A model generated the notes under the pieces. That model was not told where the DNA came from. It saw only the letters and a program-made list of their open reading frames with translations, and did not search any database. Positions 48,941-62,546 of a DNA stretch of 64,000 bases are shown here, one piece after another. Position numbers and translations under genes: made by a program. Every line of letters begins with the position of its first letter. Position 1 is the first letter of the stretch. This DNA comes from Mobula hypostoma (taxonomy: Eukaryota), in assembly GCF_963921235.1 (NCBI RefSeq), contig NC_086108.1:71116001-71180000 (forward strand). Reading direction: 5' to 3'.

Positions 48941-51900
48941 TAGAACATAGAACATAGAATAGTACAGCACAGTACAGGCCTTTCGGCCCACAATGTTGTG
49001 CTGACCCTCAAACCCTGCCTCCCATATAAGCCCCCACCTTAAATTCCTCCATATACCTGTCTAGTAGTCTCTTAAACTTCACTAGTGTATCTGCCTCCAC
49101 CACTGACTCAGGCAGTGCATTCCATGCACCAACCACTCTCTGAGTAAAAAACCTTCCTCTAATATCCCCCTTGAACTTCCCATCCCTTACCTTAAAGCCA
49201 TGTCCTCTTGTATTGAGCAGTGGTGCCCTGGGGAAGAGGCGCTGGCTATCCACTCTATCTATTCCTCTTATTATCTTGTACACCTCTATCATGTCTCCTC
49301 TCATCCTCCTTCTCTCCAAAGAGTAAAGCCCTAGCTCCCTTAATCTCTGATCATAATGCACACACTCTAAACCAGGCAGCATCCTGATAAATCTCCTCTG
49401 TACCCTTTCCAATGCTTCCACATCCTTCCTATAGCGAGGCGACCAGAACTGGACACAGTACTCCAAGTGTGGCCTAACCAGAGTTTTATAGAGCTGCATC
49501 ATTACATCGCGACTCTTAAACTCTATCCCTCGACTTATGAAAGTTAACGCCCCATAAGCTTTCTTAACTACCCTATCCACCTGTGAGGCAACTTTCAGGG
49601 ATCTGTGGACATATACCCCTAGATCCCTTTGCTCCTCCACACTACCAAGTATCCTGCCATTTACTATGTACTCTGCCTTGGAGTTTGTCCTTCCAAAGTG
49701 TACCACCTCACACTTCTCCGGGTTGAACTCCATCTGCCACTTCTCAGCCCACTTCTGCATCCTATCAATGTCTCTCTGCAATCTTTGACAATCCTCTACA
49801 CTATCTACAACACCACCAACCTTTGTGTCGTCTGCAAACTTGCCAACCCACCCTTCTACCCCCACATCCAGGTCGTTAATAAAAATCACAAAAAGTAGAG
49901 TACCCAGAACAGATCCTTGTGGGACACCACTAGTCACAATCCTCCAATCTGAATGTACTCCCTCCACCACCACCCTCTGCCTTCTGCAGGCAAGCCAATT
50001 CTGAATCCACCTGGCCAAACTTCCCTGGATCCCATGCCTTCTGACTTTCTGAATAAGCCTACCGCGTGGAGCCTTGTCAAATGCCTTACTAAAATCCATA
50101 TAGATCACATCCACCGCACTACCCTCATCTATATGGCTGATCACCTCCTCAAGGAACTCTATCAGACTTGTTAGACACGATCTGCCCTTCACAAAGCCAT
50201 GCTGACTGTACCTGATCAGACCATGATTCTCTAAATGCCCATTGATCCTATCTCTAAGAATCTTTTCCAACAGCTTTCCCACCACAGACGTAAGGCTCAC
50301 TGGTCTATAATTACCCGGACTATCCTTACTACCTTTTTTGAACAAGGGGACAACATTCGCCTCCCTCCAATCCTCCGGTACCATTCCCGTGGACAACAAG
50401 GACATAAAGATCCTAGCCAGAGGCTCAGCAATCTCTTCCCTCACCTCGTGGAGCAGTCTGGGGAATATTCCGTCAGGACCCGGGGACTTATCCGTCCTAA
50501 TGTATTTTAACAACTCCAACACTTAGTCTCCCTTAATATCAACATGTTCCAGAACATCAACCTCACTCATATTGTCCTCACCATCATCAAGTTCCCTTTC
50601 ATTGGTGAATACCGAAGAGAAGTATTCACTGAGGACCTCGCTCACTTCCACAGCCTCCAGGCACATCTTCCCACCTTTATCTCTAATCGGTCCTACCTTC
50701 ACTCCTGTCTTCCTTTTTTTCTTCACATAATTGAAGAATGCCTTGGGGTTTTCCTTTACCCCACTCGGCAAGGCCTTCTCATGCCCCCTTCTTGCTCTTC
50801 TCAGCCCCTTCTTAAGCTCCTTTCTTGCTTCCCTATATTCCTCAATAGACCCATCTGATCCCTGCTTCCTAAACCTCATGTATTCTGCCTTCTTCCACCT
50901 GACTAGATTTTCCACCTCACTTGTCACCCATGGTTCCTTCACCCTACCATTCTTTATCTTCCTCACCGGGACAAATTTATCCCTAACATCCTGCAAGAGA
51001 TCTCTAAACATCGACCACGTGTCCATAGTACATTTCCCTGCAAAAACATCATCCCAATTCACACCTGCAAGTTCTAGTCTTATAGCCTCATAATTTGCCC
51101 TTCCCCAATTAAAAATTTTCCTGTCCTCTCTGATTCTGTCCTGTTCCATGATAATGCTAAAGGCCAGGGAGCAGTAGTCACTGTCCCCCAGATGCTCACC
51201 CACTGAGAAATCTGTGACCTGACCCGGTTCATTACCTAGTACTAGATCTAGTATGGCATTCCCTCTAGTTGGCCTGTCCACATACTGTGACAGGAATCTG
51301 TCCTGGACACACTTAACAAACTCTGCCCCATCTAAACCCTTGGAATTAATCAGGTGCCAATCAATATTAGGGAAGTTAAAGTCACCCATAATAACAACCC
51401 TGTTATTTTTGCACCTTTCCAAAATCTGCCTCCCAATCTGCTCCTCTGTATCTCTGCTGCTACCAGGGGGCCTTTAGAATACCCCCAATAGAGTACTGCT
51501 CCCTTCCTGTTCCTGACTTCCACCCATACTGACTCAAAAGAGGATCCTGCTACATTACCCACCCTTTCTGTAGCTGTAATAGTATCCCTGACCAGTAATG
51601 CCACCTCTCTTCCCCTTTTTCCAACCTCTCTATCCCTTTTATAGCACTGAAATCCAGGAATATTGAGAATCCATTCCTGCCCTGGTGCCAGCCAAGTCTC
51701 TGTAATGGCCACTACATCATAATTCCATGTATGTATCCAAGCTCTCAGTTCATCACCTTTGTCCCTGATGCTTCTTGCATTGAGGTACACACATTTCAGC
51801 CCTTCTACCTTACTGTCTTTACACCGTTTATTCTGCTTCTCTTTCCTCAAAGCCTCTCTGTCTGTTAGATCTGGGTTTACTCCATGCATTTCTTTCACTG

Positions 51901-51978
51901 TTCTATCGCTCTGGGTCCCATCCCCCTCGCAAATTAGTTTAAACCCTCCTGAACCATAACCTACCTGCAAGGGTATTG
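48941..51978 (-). mobile_element. Near full-ORF2 CR1 LINE (endonuclease plus RT), disabled; antisense in intron 5 of the mu1-like gene
   Basis: ORFs 51350..51970, 50523..51422 and 49008..50522 (YLNARS, ITETW, GDFN, KFADD); frameshift near 51490 and stops near 51475 and 50523; (TTCTATG)n tail. Confidence 0.93.
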
Positions 51979-52666
51979 CTTGAGTTCCTCCATCAAGCAG
52001 GATTCTCTATCCAGCCAGCACTCTAGCTCTGAACTCCCCCTTTTCAGACTCCCACTCCTCTGGACAATAACCCTCTGCAGAATCTCAGACCAGCACATAG
52101 GAAAACCAGCTGCCCCTCCATGAACTCTGTCTATTCTTCTCGCTGCTTCAGTAAAACGGCCAAGGTAATCAACAACACCTTCTCTCTCGTTCCACTGGGC
52201 AGAATATACAAAAGCCTTAAAACAGGCACCATCAGGTTCAAGGAGAGACTCTATCCCATTGTTATAAGATTATTGATTGGCTCCTTAGTATGATAGGCCT
52301 TTTAACGTCAGTCTACCCTGTTATGAAGTTGTCTACCTACACTGCACTTTCTCTATAGTTGTTACACGTTATTCTGCATTCTGTCATTGTTTTACCTAGT
52401 ACTCTTGTACTACCTCAACGCACTGAGTAATGAATTGATCTTAACAAGCTTTTCACTGTATCTCAGTGCTGGACAAGAATGAACCAATTCCAATTCCAAA
52501 ACTGAGGGAATCAGCCACAGTGTTTCCTAATAGTGGAGCAACTCGAGTTGCTATATGACCTTCTCCCGCTCCTATTCTGAAATTTCTGATCATTTTATAA
52601 AACTTGCTTGATCATAAACTGCAGTGACAGTAAACACAATCGTTTCTGTCAAAGAGATGGGTATGA

Positions 52667-53302
52667 TCAGAATCAGAATCAGGTTTATTATCACTGGCAT
52701 ATGTTGTGAAATCTGTTAACTTAGCAGCAGCAGTTCAATACTATACAATACAGAAGAAGAAAAAACATAATAATAATAATAAATAAATTACAGTATACAT
52801 ATATTGAATAGATTAAAAATCATGCAAAAACAAAAATAATACATATTTTAAAAGTGAGGTGGTGTTCACGGGTTCAATGTCCATTTAGGAATCGGATGGC
52901 AGAGGGGAAGAAGCTGTTTCTGAATCGCTGAGTGTGTGCCTTCAGGCTTCTGTACCTCCTACCTGATGGTAACAGTGAGAAAAGGGCATGCCCTGGATGC
53001 TGGGAGTCCTTAATAATGGATGCTGCCTGAGACACTGCTCCTTGAAGATGCCTTGGGTACCTTGTAGGCTAGTACCCAAGATGGAGCAAACTAAATGTAT
53101 GACCCTCTACAGCTTCTTTCGGTCCTCTGCAGTAGCCCCTCCATACAAGACAGTGATGAGTGTATTTGTTGATATACCAAATCTCTTCAAACTCCTAATG
53201 AAGTATAGTCGCTGTCTTGCCTTCTTTATAACTACAGGTTAGATCCTCAGAGATCTTGACACCCAGGAACTTGAAACTGCTCACTTCTGATCTCTCTATG
53301 AA
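52667..53302 (-). mobile_element. Rex1/Babar-like 3' fragment
   Basis: VSSFKFLGVKISEDL; (CTGATT)n tail. Confidence 0.75.
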
Positions 53303-53855
53303 GATTAAAAGGAGGAAGAGTGATAGTATTATTGAAGTATGTGACAGAATACCTATTGACCATTTAATATAGTGTCTGGTGTCATGCATGGGAATAGTTA
53401 ATAAGGTTAAAGGCTGAGAATTATGAAGATAATATCAAATTGGAAACAAAATGGGTCAGAGTGAGAAACTGAGGAGTTCAGGACAGTTTCTTGTACGGGT
53501 TTCCACAAACTGCTGTTTTGGGACTGGCTCTGCTCATTTTATGTATCTCAGTTGAGATGGTTCTCTGTGCGATGATGGTTCTCAAAAGAGCTGTTCATGG
53601 AAACCTGTACTCGAAACTATTCCACAAACTGTTTGTGGAAACCTATAGAAGAAACTGAGTTCTTGTAATGCTACATCATGTACTAGGAAAGGTGGTTACC
53701 CTCTTTACATTTCCTAAAGCCATATGCTTGGAGGAGTGGAATCTGTCGGATGCTGCATTATTAGGAAATGCAGTACCAACAAAAGCAAAGCTATGGATTA
53801 AATGGTAGAACTTTTGTGAAGAACTTGACAATTCTGAAATTGTGAATTCTTGCAG

Positions 53856-53982
53856 GTGAATACACGTGGCTGTATCGTCCACAGTGAGATTCTGGGACAA
53901 ATTCTGATTAATTGCTGCCTGAGTGGGATGCCTGAAGTGAGCTTAGGCTTCAATGACAATGCTCTTTTCAACCAGAATTCAA
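53856..53982 (+). CDS. AP-1 mu1-like exon 6 (VNTRGCIVHSEILGQILINCCLSGMPEVSLGFNDNALFNQNS)
   Basis: ttgcag| acceptor, |gtaagt donor, 127 nt. LSGMPE..LG.ND motif. Confidence 0.95.
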
Positions 53983-54708
53983 GTAAGTACATGAGCTGGG
54001 AATGGAGGAAAATGACCGGAGTTCTGAGGATCACTGAATGATCAGGCCAGGTTCACTTTGAACCTATCTATCTGACCTTGGCAATTCTATTAACAAATAA
54101 CAAAGGCCATTTTACCACTTTTGGCAGAGTAACTGCAAGCACTTATGTTAGTTTTCCAAACAAAGAAAAGAGCACCGATAGAAGCTTTTCATACCAATGT
54201 GTTTCTGAACGACCTGGTGTTGTTTTGCTGTCCTAATTATTGCTATAGCACTGCATCTATTTTTTTGTCCTATTCTGTTACATACCTTGGTCCTTTTTAA
54301 AAGTTACCATTGACTCTGCTTCTACCTCCATTTCAGATACTACAGTGAAGATTCAAACAAGTCTCTGTTATCAAGCAACAAATAATGCTCTTGGGCATCA
54401 TTTCAGAGATTACCTAATTACCTTTTTAAAATGTGTCATTTTGGAAAGATCATTAATGTGTTTGTGATCTTACACTGTGGTTTATATGGCAGCATTCTTG
54501 AACCTGTAGACCTCTTTAGTATCTTGGTTTGCTGTTGTCAAAGTATTGAATTTGCACGTTGATGGTATGGAGTGTTAGGCACTTTTCTTCGAGAGTGATA
54601 GTGCTGAGAAATGTTTTCTCTAACCTAAATTGCATCTGTATTCAATGACTAGTATTTGCAATCAATCTGTTCTCTGCAACTAAGAATGAATTCAGAATCA
54701 GAATTACA

Positions 54709-55872
54709 TAAGAACATGAGAAATAGGAGCAGGAGCAGGCCATCCGGCCCATCGAACCTGCTCCGCCATTCAATAAGATCATGGCTGATCTGTCCGTAAA
54801 CTCAGCTCCATCCACCTGCCTTTTCCCCATAACCCTTAATTCCCTTACTATGTAAAAACCTATCTAACTGTATCGTAAATATATTTAGTGAAGAAGTCAC
54901 AACTGCTTCCCTGGGCAGAGAATTCCACAGATTCACCACTGTCTGGGAAAAACAGTTTCTCCTCATCTCCATCCTAAATCTTCTCCCCTGAATCTTGAGG
55001 CAATGTTCCCTAGTTCTTGTCTCACCTACCAATGGAAATAACTTTCCTACTTCTATCGTATCTATCCCTTTCACAATTTTGTATATTTCTATAAGTTCCC
55101 CTCTCATTCTTCTGAACTCCAGAGAGTATAGTCCCAGGCGACTCAATCTCTCCTCATGGGTTAACCCCTTCATCCCTGGAATCAACCTGGTGAACCTCGT
55201 CTACACTGCCTCCAAAGCCAGTATATCCTGCCTCAAGTATGGAGACCAGAACTACACACAGTACTCCAGGTGCGGCCTCACCAGTAACCTGTATAGTTGC
55301 AGCATGACCTCCCTGCTCCTGAATTCAATCCCTCTAGCAATGAAGGCCAACACTCCATTTGCCTTCTTAATAACCTGTTGCACCTGCAAACCAACTTTTT
55401 GCAATTCATGAACAAGCACTCCCAAGTCCCTCTGCACAGCAGCATGCTGCAATCTTTCACCATTTAAATAATAATCTCTTCTTCTATTATTCCTTCCAAA
55501 GTGCATGATCTTGCATTTACCAATGTTGTATTCCATCTGCTAGACTTTGGCCCACTCACTTAACCTATCCATATCCCTCTGCAGACTCTCCACATCCTCC
55601 ACTCAGTTTTTCCACTCAGTTTAGTGTCATCAGCAAATTTTGCTATGCTACATCCAGTCCCCTCTTCCAAGTCATCAATGTAAATGGTAAACAGCTACGG
55701 GCCCAGCATCAACCCCTGTGGCACCCCACTCACCACAGATTGCCAACTGGAGAAACACCCATTTATATCAACTCTCTGCCTTCTATCGGTTAACCAATCC
55801 ACTATCCATGCCAATACATTTCCTCCGACTCCATGCATCCATATCTTATTTATAAGTCTCTTGTGTGGCACC
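54709..55872 (-). mobile_element. CR1 3' half, same subfamily as 18225-19580, inserted in the tail of a Rex1/Babar element
   Basis: KVPHKRL..GVPQGLMLGP and LVRPHLEYCV; translations nearly identical to the 18.6-19.6 kb copy. Confidence 0.9.
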
Positions 55873-55877
55873 TTACA

Positions 55878-56410
55878 ATCAGGTTTAATATCCCTATCAT
55901 GAAATTTGTAGTTTCCTAGCAGCAGTACATAATAATCAGAAAAAAAACTGTAAATAACAATAATATATATATATATCTGCTGTTGGAGGGGAAGAAGCTG
56001 TTCCCGAAACATTGATTGTGTGTCTTGCACCATCTCCTTGCTGGTAGCATAAGAGGACACGTCTTGGGTGATGGAGGTCCTTAATGATGGATGCCACATT
56101 CTTGAGGTATCTCCTTTTGAAGGGATCCTTGATCTTGGGGAGGCTACTGTCCATGATGGAACTGGCTGACTTTACATCTTCCTGCAGCTTCTTCTGATCC
56201 TGTGCAGTGACCCCTCCACACCAGATGGTGATGCAACCAGTTGGAATGCTCTCCACGGTACATCTGTAGAAATATGCCAGAGTCTCTGCTCACTTGCCAG
56301 GTCTCCTCAAGCTCCTAAAGATATATAGCTGCAGTCGTGTCTTCTTTGTAATTGAATCAATATGTTGGGCCCGGGATAGATCTTCCGTGATGTTAGCACC
56401 CAGGAAACAG
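55878..56410 (-). mobile_element. Rex1/Babar-like 3' fragment; its (CTGATT)n tail is displaced to 54692-54703
   Basis: ESIPTGCITIWCG..ASIIKDLHHP. Confidence 0.75.
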
Positions 56411-56840
56411 CAGAGAGCAGAGCCTGCTATAATAATGTATCAAACGTTATACCACATAGTACATTTTGTACACATGCCTAAATACAGTAACACAATCAGA
56501 TACAAATACTGTATCAGTGCTTCAAGTTATAACATCAAACCTGAATTTTATATTATTCAGAAAATAAATAAATCTTCCCTTTCTCATGCATTCATGGTGA
56601 AATCAACATACGAGGGTATGTTTCCAAACTTGAATTCAAATAAAATATTTCCAAACTTGAATTGAAAATAAATGTGCATTCTCAGGATCAAAGTCAAGAA
56701 TGTATTCCTGCCAGAGTAGTTTAATATCTCATTAAATTCATTTTTATTAAAACAAATTAAGCTGACTTGCATTTCATTTAAAGGTAAAATAGATGAGTGT
56801 CTGAAACCTAGTTAATATTAACTTTCTTGTTCCAATACAG

Positions 56841-56980
56841 TAAATGCTAACATGGTGGACTTTGAAGATATAAAATTCCATTCGTCTGTTCGGCTATCTC
56901 GCTTTGAGAATGAACGTGTCATCTCCTTCATCCCACCAGACAAGGAGTTTGAACTGATGTCCTATCGAGTTACCAACCGA
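56841..56980 (+). CDS. AP-1 mu1-like exon 7 ((I)NANMVDFEDIKFHSSVRLSRFENERVISFIPPDKEFELMSYRVTNR)
   Basis: atacag| acceptor, |gtagga donor, 140 nt (one codon shorter than mu1A). KFH..VRLSRFE and ISFIPPD.EFELMSYR motifs. Confidence 0.95.
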
Positions 56981-57476
56981 GTAGGATATGACTACTTGTA
57001 TTAACGTATTATTGTATTGGGACATTTCATAAAAACTTCTCAAGGAATATGAGTCGTAAATTGGCCACTTGAGTGAACTTATGGTATTATCCTTGAATCA
57101 TTTAACAAGCTAAGTACATAATTCAATCAGATCTATAAACTATATAAATGTATTATTCTAATTTCAATCTATTTCAGATGATTGATCACTCTTTGAATCC
57201 ATTATTTCAATAACATGTTGCTGGGCCACTCTCGCACGATAGTTAAAGATAAGACTAAAAAGGACTGATTTCTAATTATGGATTACTGTTTGAAGAGCCT
57301 TAGTTTTTCAGTAATTTCCAGTTAGAACAATATTCATTTTTTTGTTGCAAATTTAAATTGGAAGGAATGTCAACTATGAAAATAATGTTCTAGATTTTAT
57401 TACTCGTAACAAGTAGTGCAAAAAATCTTACAAATTGAATTATGAAATAAATGACTATGGGTGCATGTCTATTCAG

Positions 57477-57548
57477 GTCAGACCATATATAGTGGTTGAA
57501 GCAACTCTACAGAAATACTCGCATAGCAGAATGGAGATCACAACGAAG
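57477..57548 (+). CDS. AP-1 mu1-like exon 8 (VRPYIVVEATLQKYSHSRMEITTK)
   Basis: attcag| acceptor, aag|gtaaga donor, 72 nt. Homologous to VKPLIWIESVIEKHSHSRIEYMIK. Confidence 0.93.
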
Positions 57549-57577
57549 GTAAGAAAATGAGTAGGAAGATGAGGGTG

Positions 57578-58028
57578 CAGTGTTCCCTCTGAGGTGAGTG
57601 CATGCACACATCTTGTGCTACTAGCACACAAAGGGATTTAAACTGCACACAAAAGGTTGTGACCCTCTACCTCGTTGGCATGATAAGTGTATTTTACGAT
57701 CGTACACAATCACATTTCCTTTTCTGGTCCTGATGCGGGTGGTGTTGGCAGTGTTGAATTTGTGATGATCTGTCTGCAGATTTTAGGACTGGTTTATTTT
57801 TACTGTTTTTATTTAAGAAATTATCGATTCACTATGTCGAATTCTAAAGAAGCAAAGTGCAAAAGAACCACTAGTTCATTTAAAGCGGAATGGCTTATTA
57901 TCCTTAGAATAGCTTCAGCGTTACTTCCACTTAAAAATTCAGTGTTTACACGTTGTCGTCACTGAGCAAAACATTGCACAGCACAAGACTTTTGTGCAAA
58001 GTAGTCATTACAAGTTAGAGGAAAATAG
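57578..58028 (+). mobile_element. hAT-like non-autonomous element with a transposase N-terminal remnant
   Basis: TIR cagtgttccctctga / ttagaggaaaatag; flanks tgagggtg / caagggtg (6 of 8 match); MSNSKEAKCKRTTSSFKAEWL. Confidence 0.65.
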
Positions 58029-59242
58029 CAAGGGTGGTTATCTGTATGAAAATAGATTGAATGATTTAGCGTTTCTTATGAATAGGTAATCACAGTGTCA
58101 ATGACCCTGTTTGGATAACAACTATCAAGCATCTCTTCTGATAAATTATTTTAATTTCCCCTTACTCTTAATCCACTACCATTGTGCCATTTTGTATTAA
58201 TCCCTGGGTATTTGAGTATCTCAACCAATCTCCTTCATGGAAAGAGGCAAGACATGAGGCTAAGGGAATTATCCTTCAGTCTTTGGCTTCAAACCTTCTG
58301 ATGCTGTGAAAAGACGTTCACTTAAATGCCATTTATTTCTCCTCCTTAGTGAATTTGACGGTTAAATAGAAATATGTCTCAAAGATGCTTCCAATACATT
58401 ATTTTGGAGATCTTTTATTTCCTCCAAACATAGAAAAGTGTAGGCATCAAGGCATTGCATTTTGCTATTTTATAACTTATTTCTTCATTGGGTAGTTAGA
58501 GGACAAACAGAAGTGGCTAGAATTTTTTTTAGTCTTCCCTAGCTTGGTAGATTGACTGGTCCAATTGTGCACTAGGCTAGGATAGACAATCATAGAACAC
58601 TTGTGTCACAGGAGGCCATTCTTTCCATTTTACCCATGATAGATGACAAAGAGTTATCAAACCTAATTTATATTTCTAATAATTGGCCTGTACCCCTACA
58701 AACTCAGCTTTTCAAAAGCATGTCAGTGTACTGTTTCGCTTTGAAGGCTCTTACCCCTGTGTTTCTTTCCAGCAGTGACCTTCAGTCTCCACTGTCCTCT
58801 ATGTGATTCATTGTTCTTCTTGTCTCCCCACTAATCTCTTACCATTTACTTTAAAATTATGCCTCAAGGTTTTTGACCCCTCTGCTAAGGCAAGTGGGCT
58901 TTTTCTTACTTACTCTGTGGTAACACACAATTTTGTACAGTTCAGCTCAACCTTCCCTTGATGCTCTCTATTGCCAAGAAAACATTGCCAGCTTGTTCTA
59001 TCTTTCCTCATCACTAATGATTTCCTAGCCCTGCACCATCCCCCTAAACCTCTTTTGTACCCAGCACAGAACAAGCACAACTAAGAAAAATTGGTTCAAA
59101 GCAAGTACCTTACTGCTGTATGGGTTAGTATCATTCCAGACAGTGAATTGTACTGTATGTGAAGCCATAACATTATGTCTATATACACTGGTAAAAAATA
59201 ATTATAGAAATAGATATTCTCTGCAACTCTGTGATGTCGCAG

Positions 59243-59401
59243 GTTAAAGGACAATTCAAGAAGCACATTATGGCTACAGACATTGAGATTATTATCCCTG
59301 TTCCCAGTGATGCTTCCTCCCCAAGATTCAGCACTATTAAAGGTTCTGTAGAATGGGCACCTGAGGACAATGCTATCATCTGGACCATGAATTCAATTAA
59401 A
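59243..59401 (+). CDS. AP-1 mu1-like exon 9 (VKGQFKKHIMATDIEIIIPVPSDASSPRFSTIKGSVEWAPEDNAIIWTMNSIK)
   Basis: tcgcag| acceptor, |gtaagt donor, 159 nt. IPVP.DA.SP.F and GSV.W.PE motifs. Confidence 0.95.
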
Positions 59402-60009
59402 GTAAGTTAATGTAAAATATGAAAATCTGGGATGTCCACAAATGATCTATTACAGCAGAAAATTTTACTCTGTTAGGTTTGTACTTGTGTTTTTTGATAT
59501 TTGCAGAATTAAAGTGGTTCATTTGGGCTTAAACTGCTGCAGAAATGGTGCTTCAGGTCTTCATGTGGATAATTTCAACGCATCAATTAATGACAGATGA
59601 GAGACCAATCAAATATGCCTTTGATACTTTTACAATAAGACCATAAGGCATAGGAACAGCCACCAGGCCAGAGTTTTGCATTCAAAAATCCTTTATATTT
59701 CTAAGTCACTATTTGTCCCTACTGAACTGTAACATGTTCATTAGCTAGAAATCAACTATGGTAACGATTCAATATTGAGTTCCCTTATAAGCTATTGGTT
59801 TCATGATTCTTTACCAATTCTAAAGGAAAACGTGTATATAGAACATAGAAACTTACAGCACAGTACAGGCCCTTTGGCCCACAATGTTGTGCCGACCCTT
59901 TAACTTACTCCAACATCAATCTAACCCTTCCATCCCAAATAACCCTCCATTTTTCTACAACCCACGTGCCTATCTAAGAGTCTCTTAAATGACCTCGGCA
60001 TTAAATGGC

Positions 60010-60940
60010 ATTAATCTACAGTGCATCACCCACAGTCCAATGGTCTGCGCGAGTGGTTTCACCGTTCATTAAAGGCTGCTCTGAGGGCCTCTTGATGGAC
60101 AATGTTGGCACGGTTATCTTCCATGGATCCTGTTGGGGCTTAGAATGGCTCCAAAAGAGGAACCTGCAGGCCTCCGCCGATGAGTTGGTGTACGGGCAGC
60201 TGCTACAGGTGCCAGGTGATTGTATTCCTGGTGCCATGTCTGCCTTTTCAGTGTCTCAGTAAACTCAATTCTTTCACACCTATTCCTACTGCACATCAGG
60301 TGGTACAGCACTCCTGGGTTCCACTTAACCTGCAGTCTACCTCCTCCTCCCTTCTCCGCCATGGTGCATATCAACGTCCCTTTTAAGCCCCATTACGATG
60401 GTCCATTCCGTGTACTGGAACAGGATGCAATGACTCTTATTGTAGATAGGAAGGGTAAAGCGGAATGTATTTCTGCAGATCGCATTAAACCGGCTCACCA
60501 AGACCTGAATGGCACCACGACCATACCCCCTGCATCGTGACATGACCATGTCCGTGTCAGCACGCAACTGGACAAGCCAGTGGCACCTGCTGTTACTCCA
60601 ACCAAGGTTCACAGGAGCTGAGCCGGGAGGCTCTTACAAGTTCCTTCAGACTCACACTGCCGGTTTTGGTGAATTCTGGGGGTGGGGGGGGCGGTACCTG
60701 TTTAAGGTAATGTAAATGGGTGACAGATGACGCATATTGTCTATAATAGAAACTCATTCATCATTCACAAACACCGTCATTGAATTATTGTGTTCACTTT
60801 AAGAGATGGTGTCTGATGTGATGACATCAGTGTAAGTATAAGCTTAATTTAAAAGCCTTATCATTGTTTCAAATCCAGTTGTGGTTGAAACTTTCTACTT
60901 CATCCTTCTTCAGTACTCTATCCATTGAGACTTAGTCACA
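60010..60940 (+). mobile_element. Ty3/Gypsy relic: integrase core and C-terminus, polypurine tract, probable 3' LTR
   Basis: HHPQSNGLREWFHRSLKAAL, ELVYG, PHYDGPFRVL, ISADRIKPA; G-rich tract 60678-60694; LTR-like segment to about 60940 (ends CA). Confidence 0.78.
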
Positions 60941-61635
60941 TTGTGCACTATTGACCTTAGTCACTGAACCACTGACAGCCATGATTTAGCTGGCTCTGTT
61001 CTATATTCTGTAAATCTCTTCACTAAACCCCACCCCCTCTTGTTTATTTCTCCTTTAGGATACTCCTTAAAATTTCTCCATCAGCCAAACTATTTACATC
61101 TTGGTAACGTAGCTTATTTAAAATACCCTTTAGCTCCTTTTGATATGTTAAATTTGCCTAAAAATTACCATATTGTTCTTCAGCTAACAAAAGCTATAAT
61201 TAGCAGTCATTCATTTGTGAAAAGGACAGCTTATTTGAAACATTGGGAATCACAATTTTCTCACTACTGAATTCCATTACATTAGCTTTGCTCTGATGAG
61301 TAAATGGAACAATCAATAATTATCGATGAAGTAAAATGGCCTAAAAATGGTCTGTGATTCCCAAGTACTGTCTATTCATCATACTAACATGCAGGAACAT
61401 AGTCAGACTGAGAATTATTAAGTCATAAATGGTTGGAAGAATCTTACAACATAGCGATCACTCCACAAGATACCAACAGCTTCCCTCAATAACTTGAACA
61501 CAATCTCTTTTACCTGTAGTTATACATCAGTGCAGAGAATAGCTATCCAAAAGTTTATGGTTTTATTTTAAAGATAAAAACCTTTCTAGTATATTTGATT
61601 GCTGATGATGTTATATCATTGCTCAATTGTTTAAG

Positions 61636-61761
61636 GGAGGGAAAGAATTTGTAATGAAGGCACATCTGGGACTACCGAGTATAGAGGCCGAGGAACCTGA
61701 ATCTAAACCTCCAGTCAGAGTGAAGTTCAAAATCCAGTACCTAGCCGCATCAGGTCTACAG
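61636..61761 (+). CDS. AP-1 mu1-like exon 10 (GGKEFVMKAHLGLPSIEAEEPESKPPVRVKFKIQYLAASGLQ)
   Basis: tttaag| acceptor, cag|gtacag donor, 126 nt. GGKE..M.AH.GLPS motif. Confidence 0.94.
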
Positions 61762-62546
61762 GTACAGTTCATTCATCCTTAACAAAACACCTTTAGATGG
61801 CATGTATTTAATTAATATTTGTATCTTTACAAAGGTGAATAGCACTGCTAGACCTAGAACAGAAAGCTCAATTATTGCAGTTTAATGATTTACCCTTGCT
61901 TGTAAAGGCAATTTATTATACAAACGTATTTCATATTGGGTTAAGTGTAATGTCTCTTTCTGTGTTTGATAACCATTTATTTCAAGTATCTTATAGACAA
62001 ATCTTTGACTTTGAAACTGTGATCTTATAATGACCTAACAATGAGGAACTCTGAGCTTAAAGTCCAATCTGTGCACATTTAAGGTATAAAACAGTTAAGA
62101 GATAAATCCAAATTTTAATCAAATCTATTGTTGTTTCACTTTGAGATTGTGACTGGAATCCCTGTGAGATTGATGTAATGAAAATATTTCTCCTTATTTT
62201 CTCTATTGCTGTTAAACGTGTCTCTCCACCCCCCCCCCCCAGTGCCATTCTCCCATTCTTGTGTTTTCTCCCCCTGTACTTCAACCTATACATAACATTC
62301 TTAGTGAACCCAGCTTGGTTAGTCTTGCTCCATTATAAATATGGTTTCCTCAATAAATCCTGATCGATGAAAGAAGTCTTGCTGGTTAAGTAGGTGTACC
62401 ATTAATTAAGTTATAATGTTTTATATTGAATGAATGTTACAACAAGCTCCAGGCAACCACTATTTTTCTTACAGTGCTGCCCAGTACCAATCGCAAACAA
62501 GAGAAGATCTGCAGGTGCTGGAAATCTGAGCAACATGCACTTCACT

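Noticed and set aside
56620..56672. Short direct duplication tttccaaacttgaatt
   Set aside because: A two-copy local slippage duplication in an AT-rich intron, with no sign of function.
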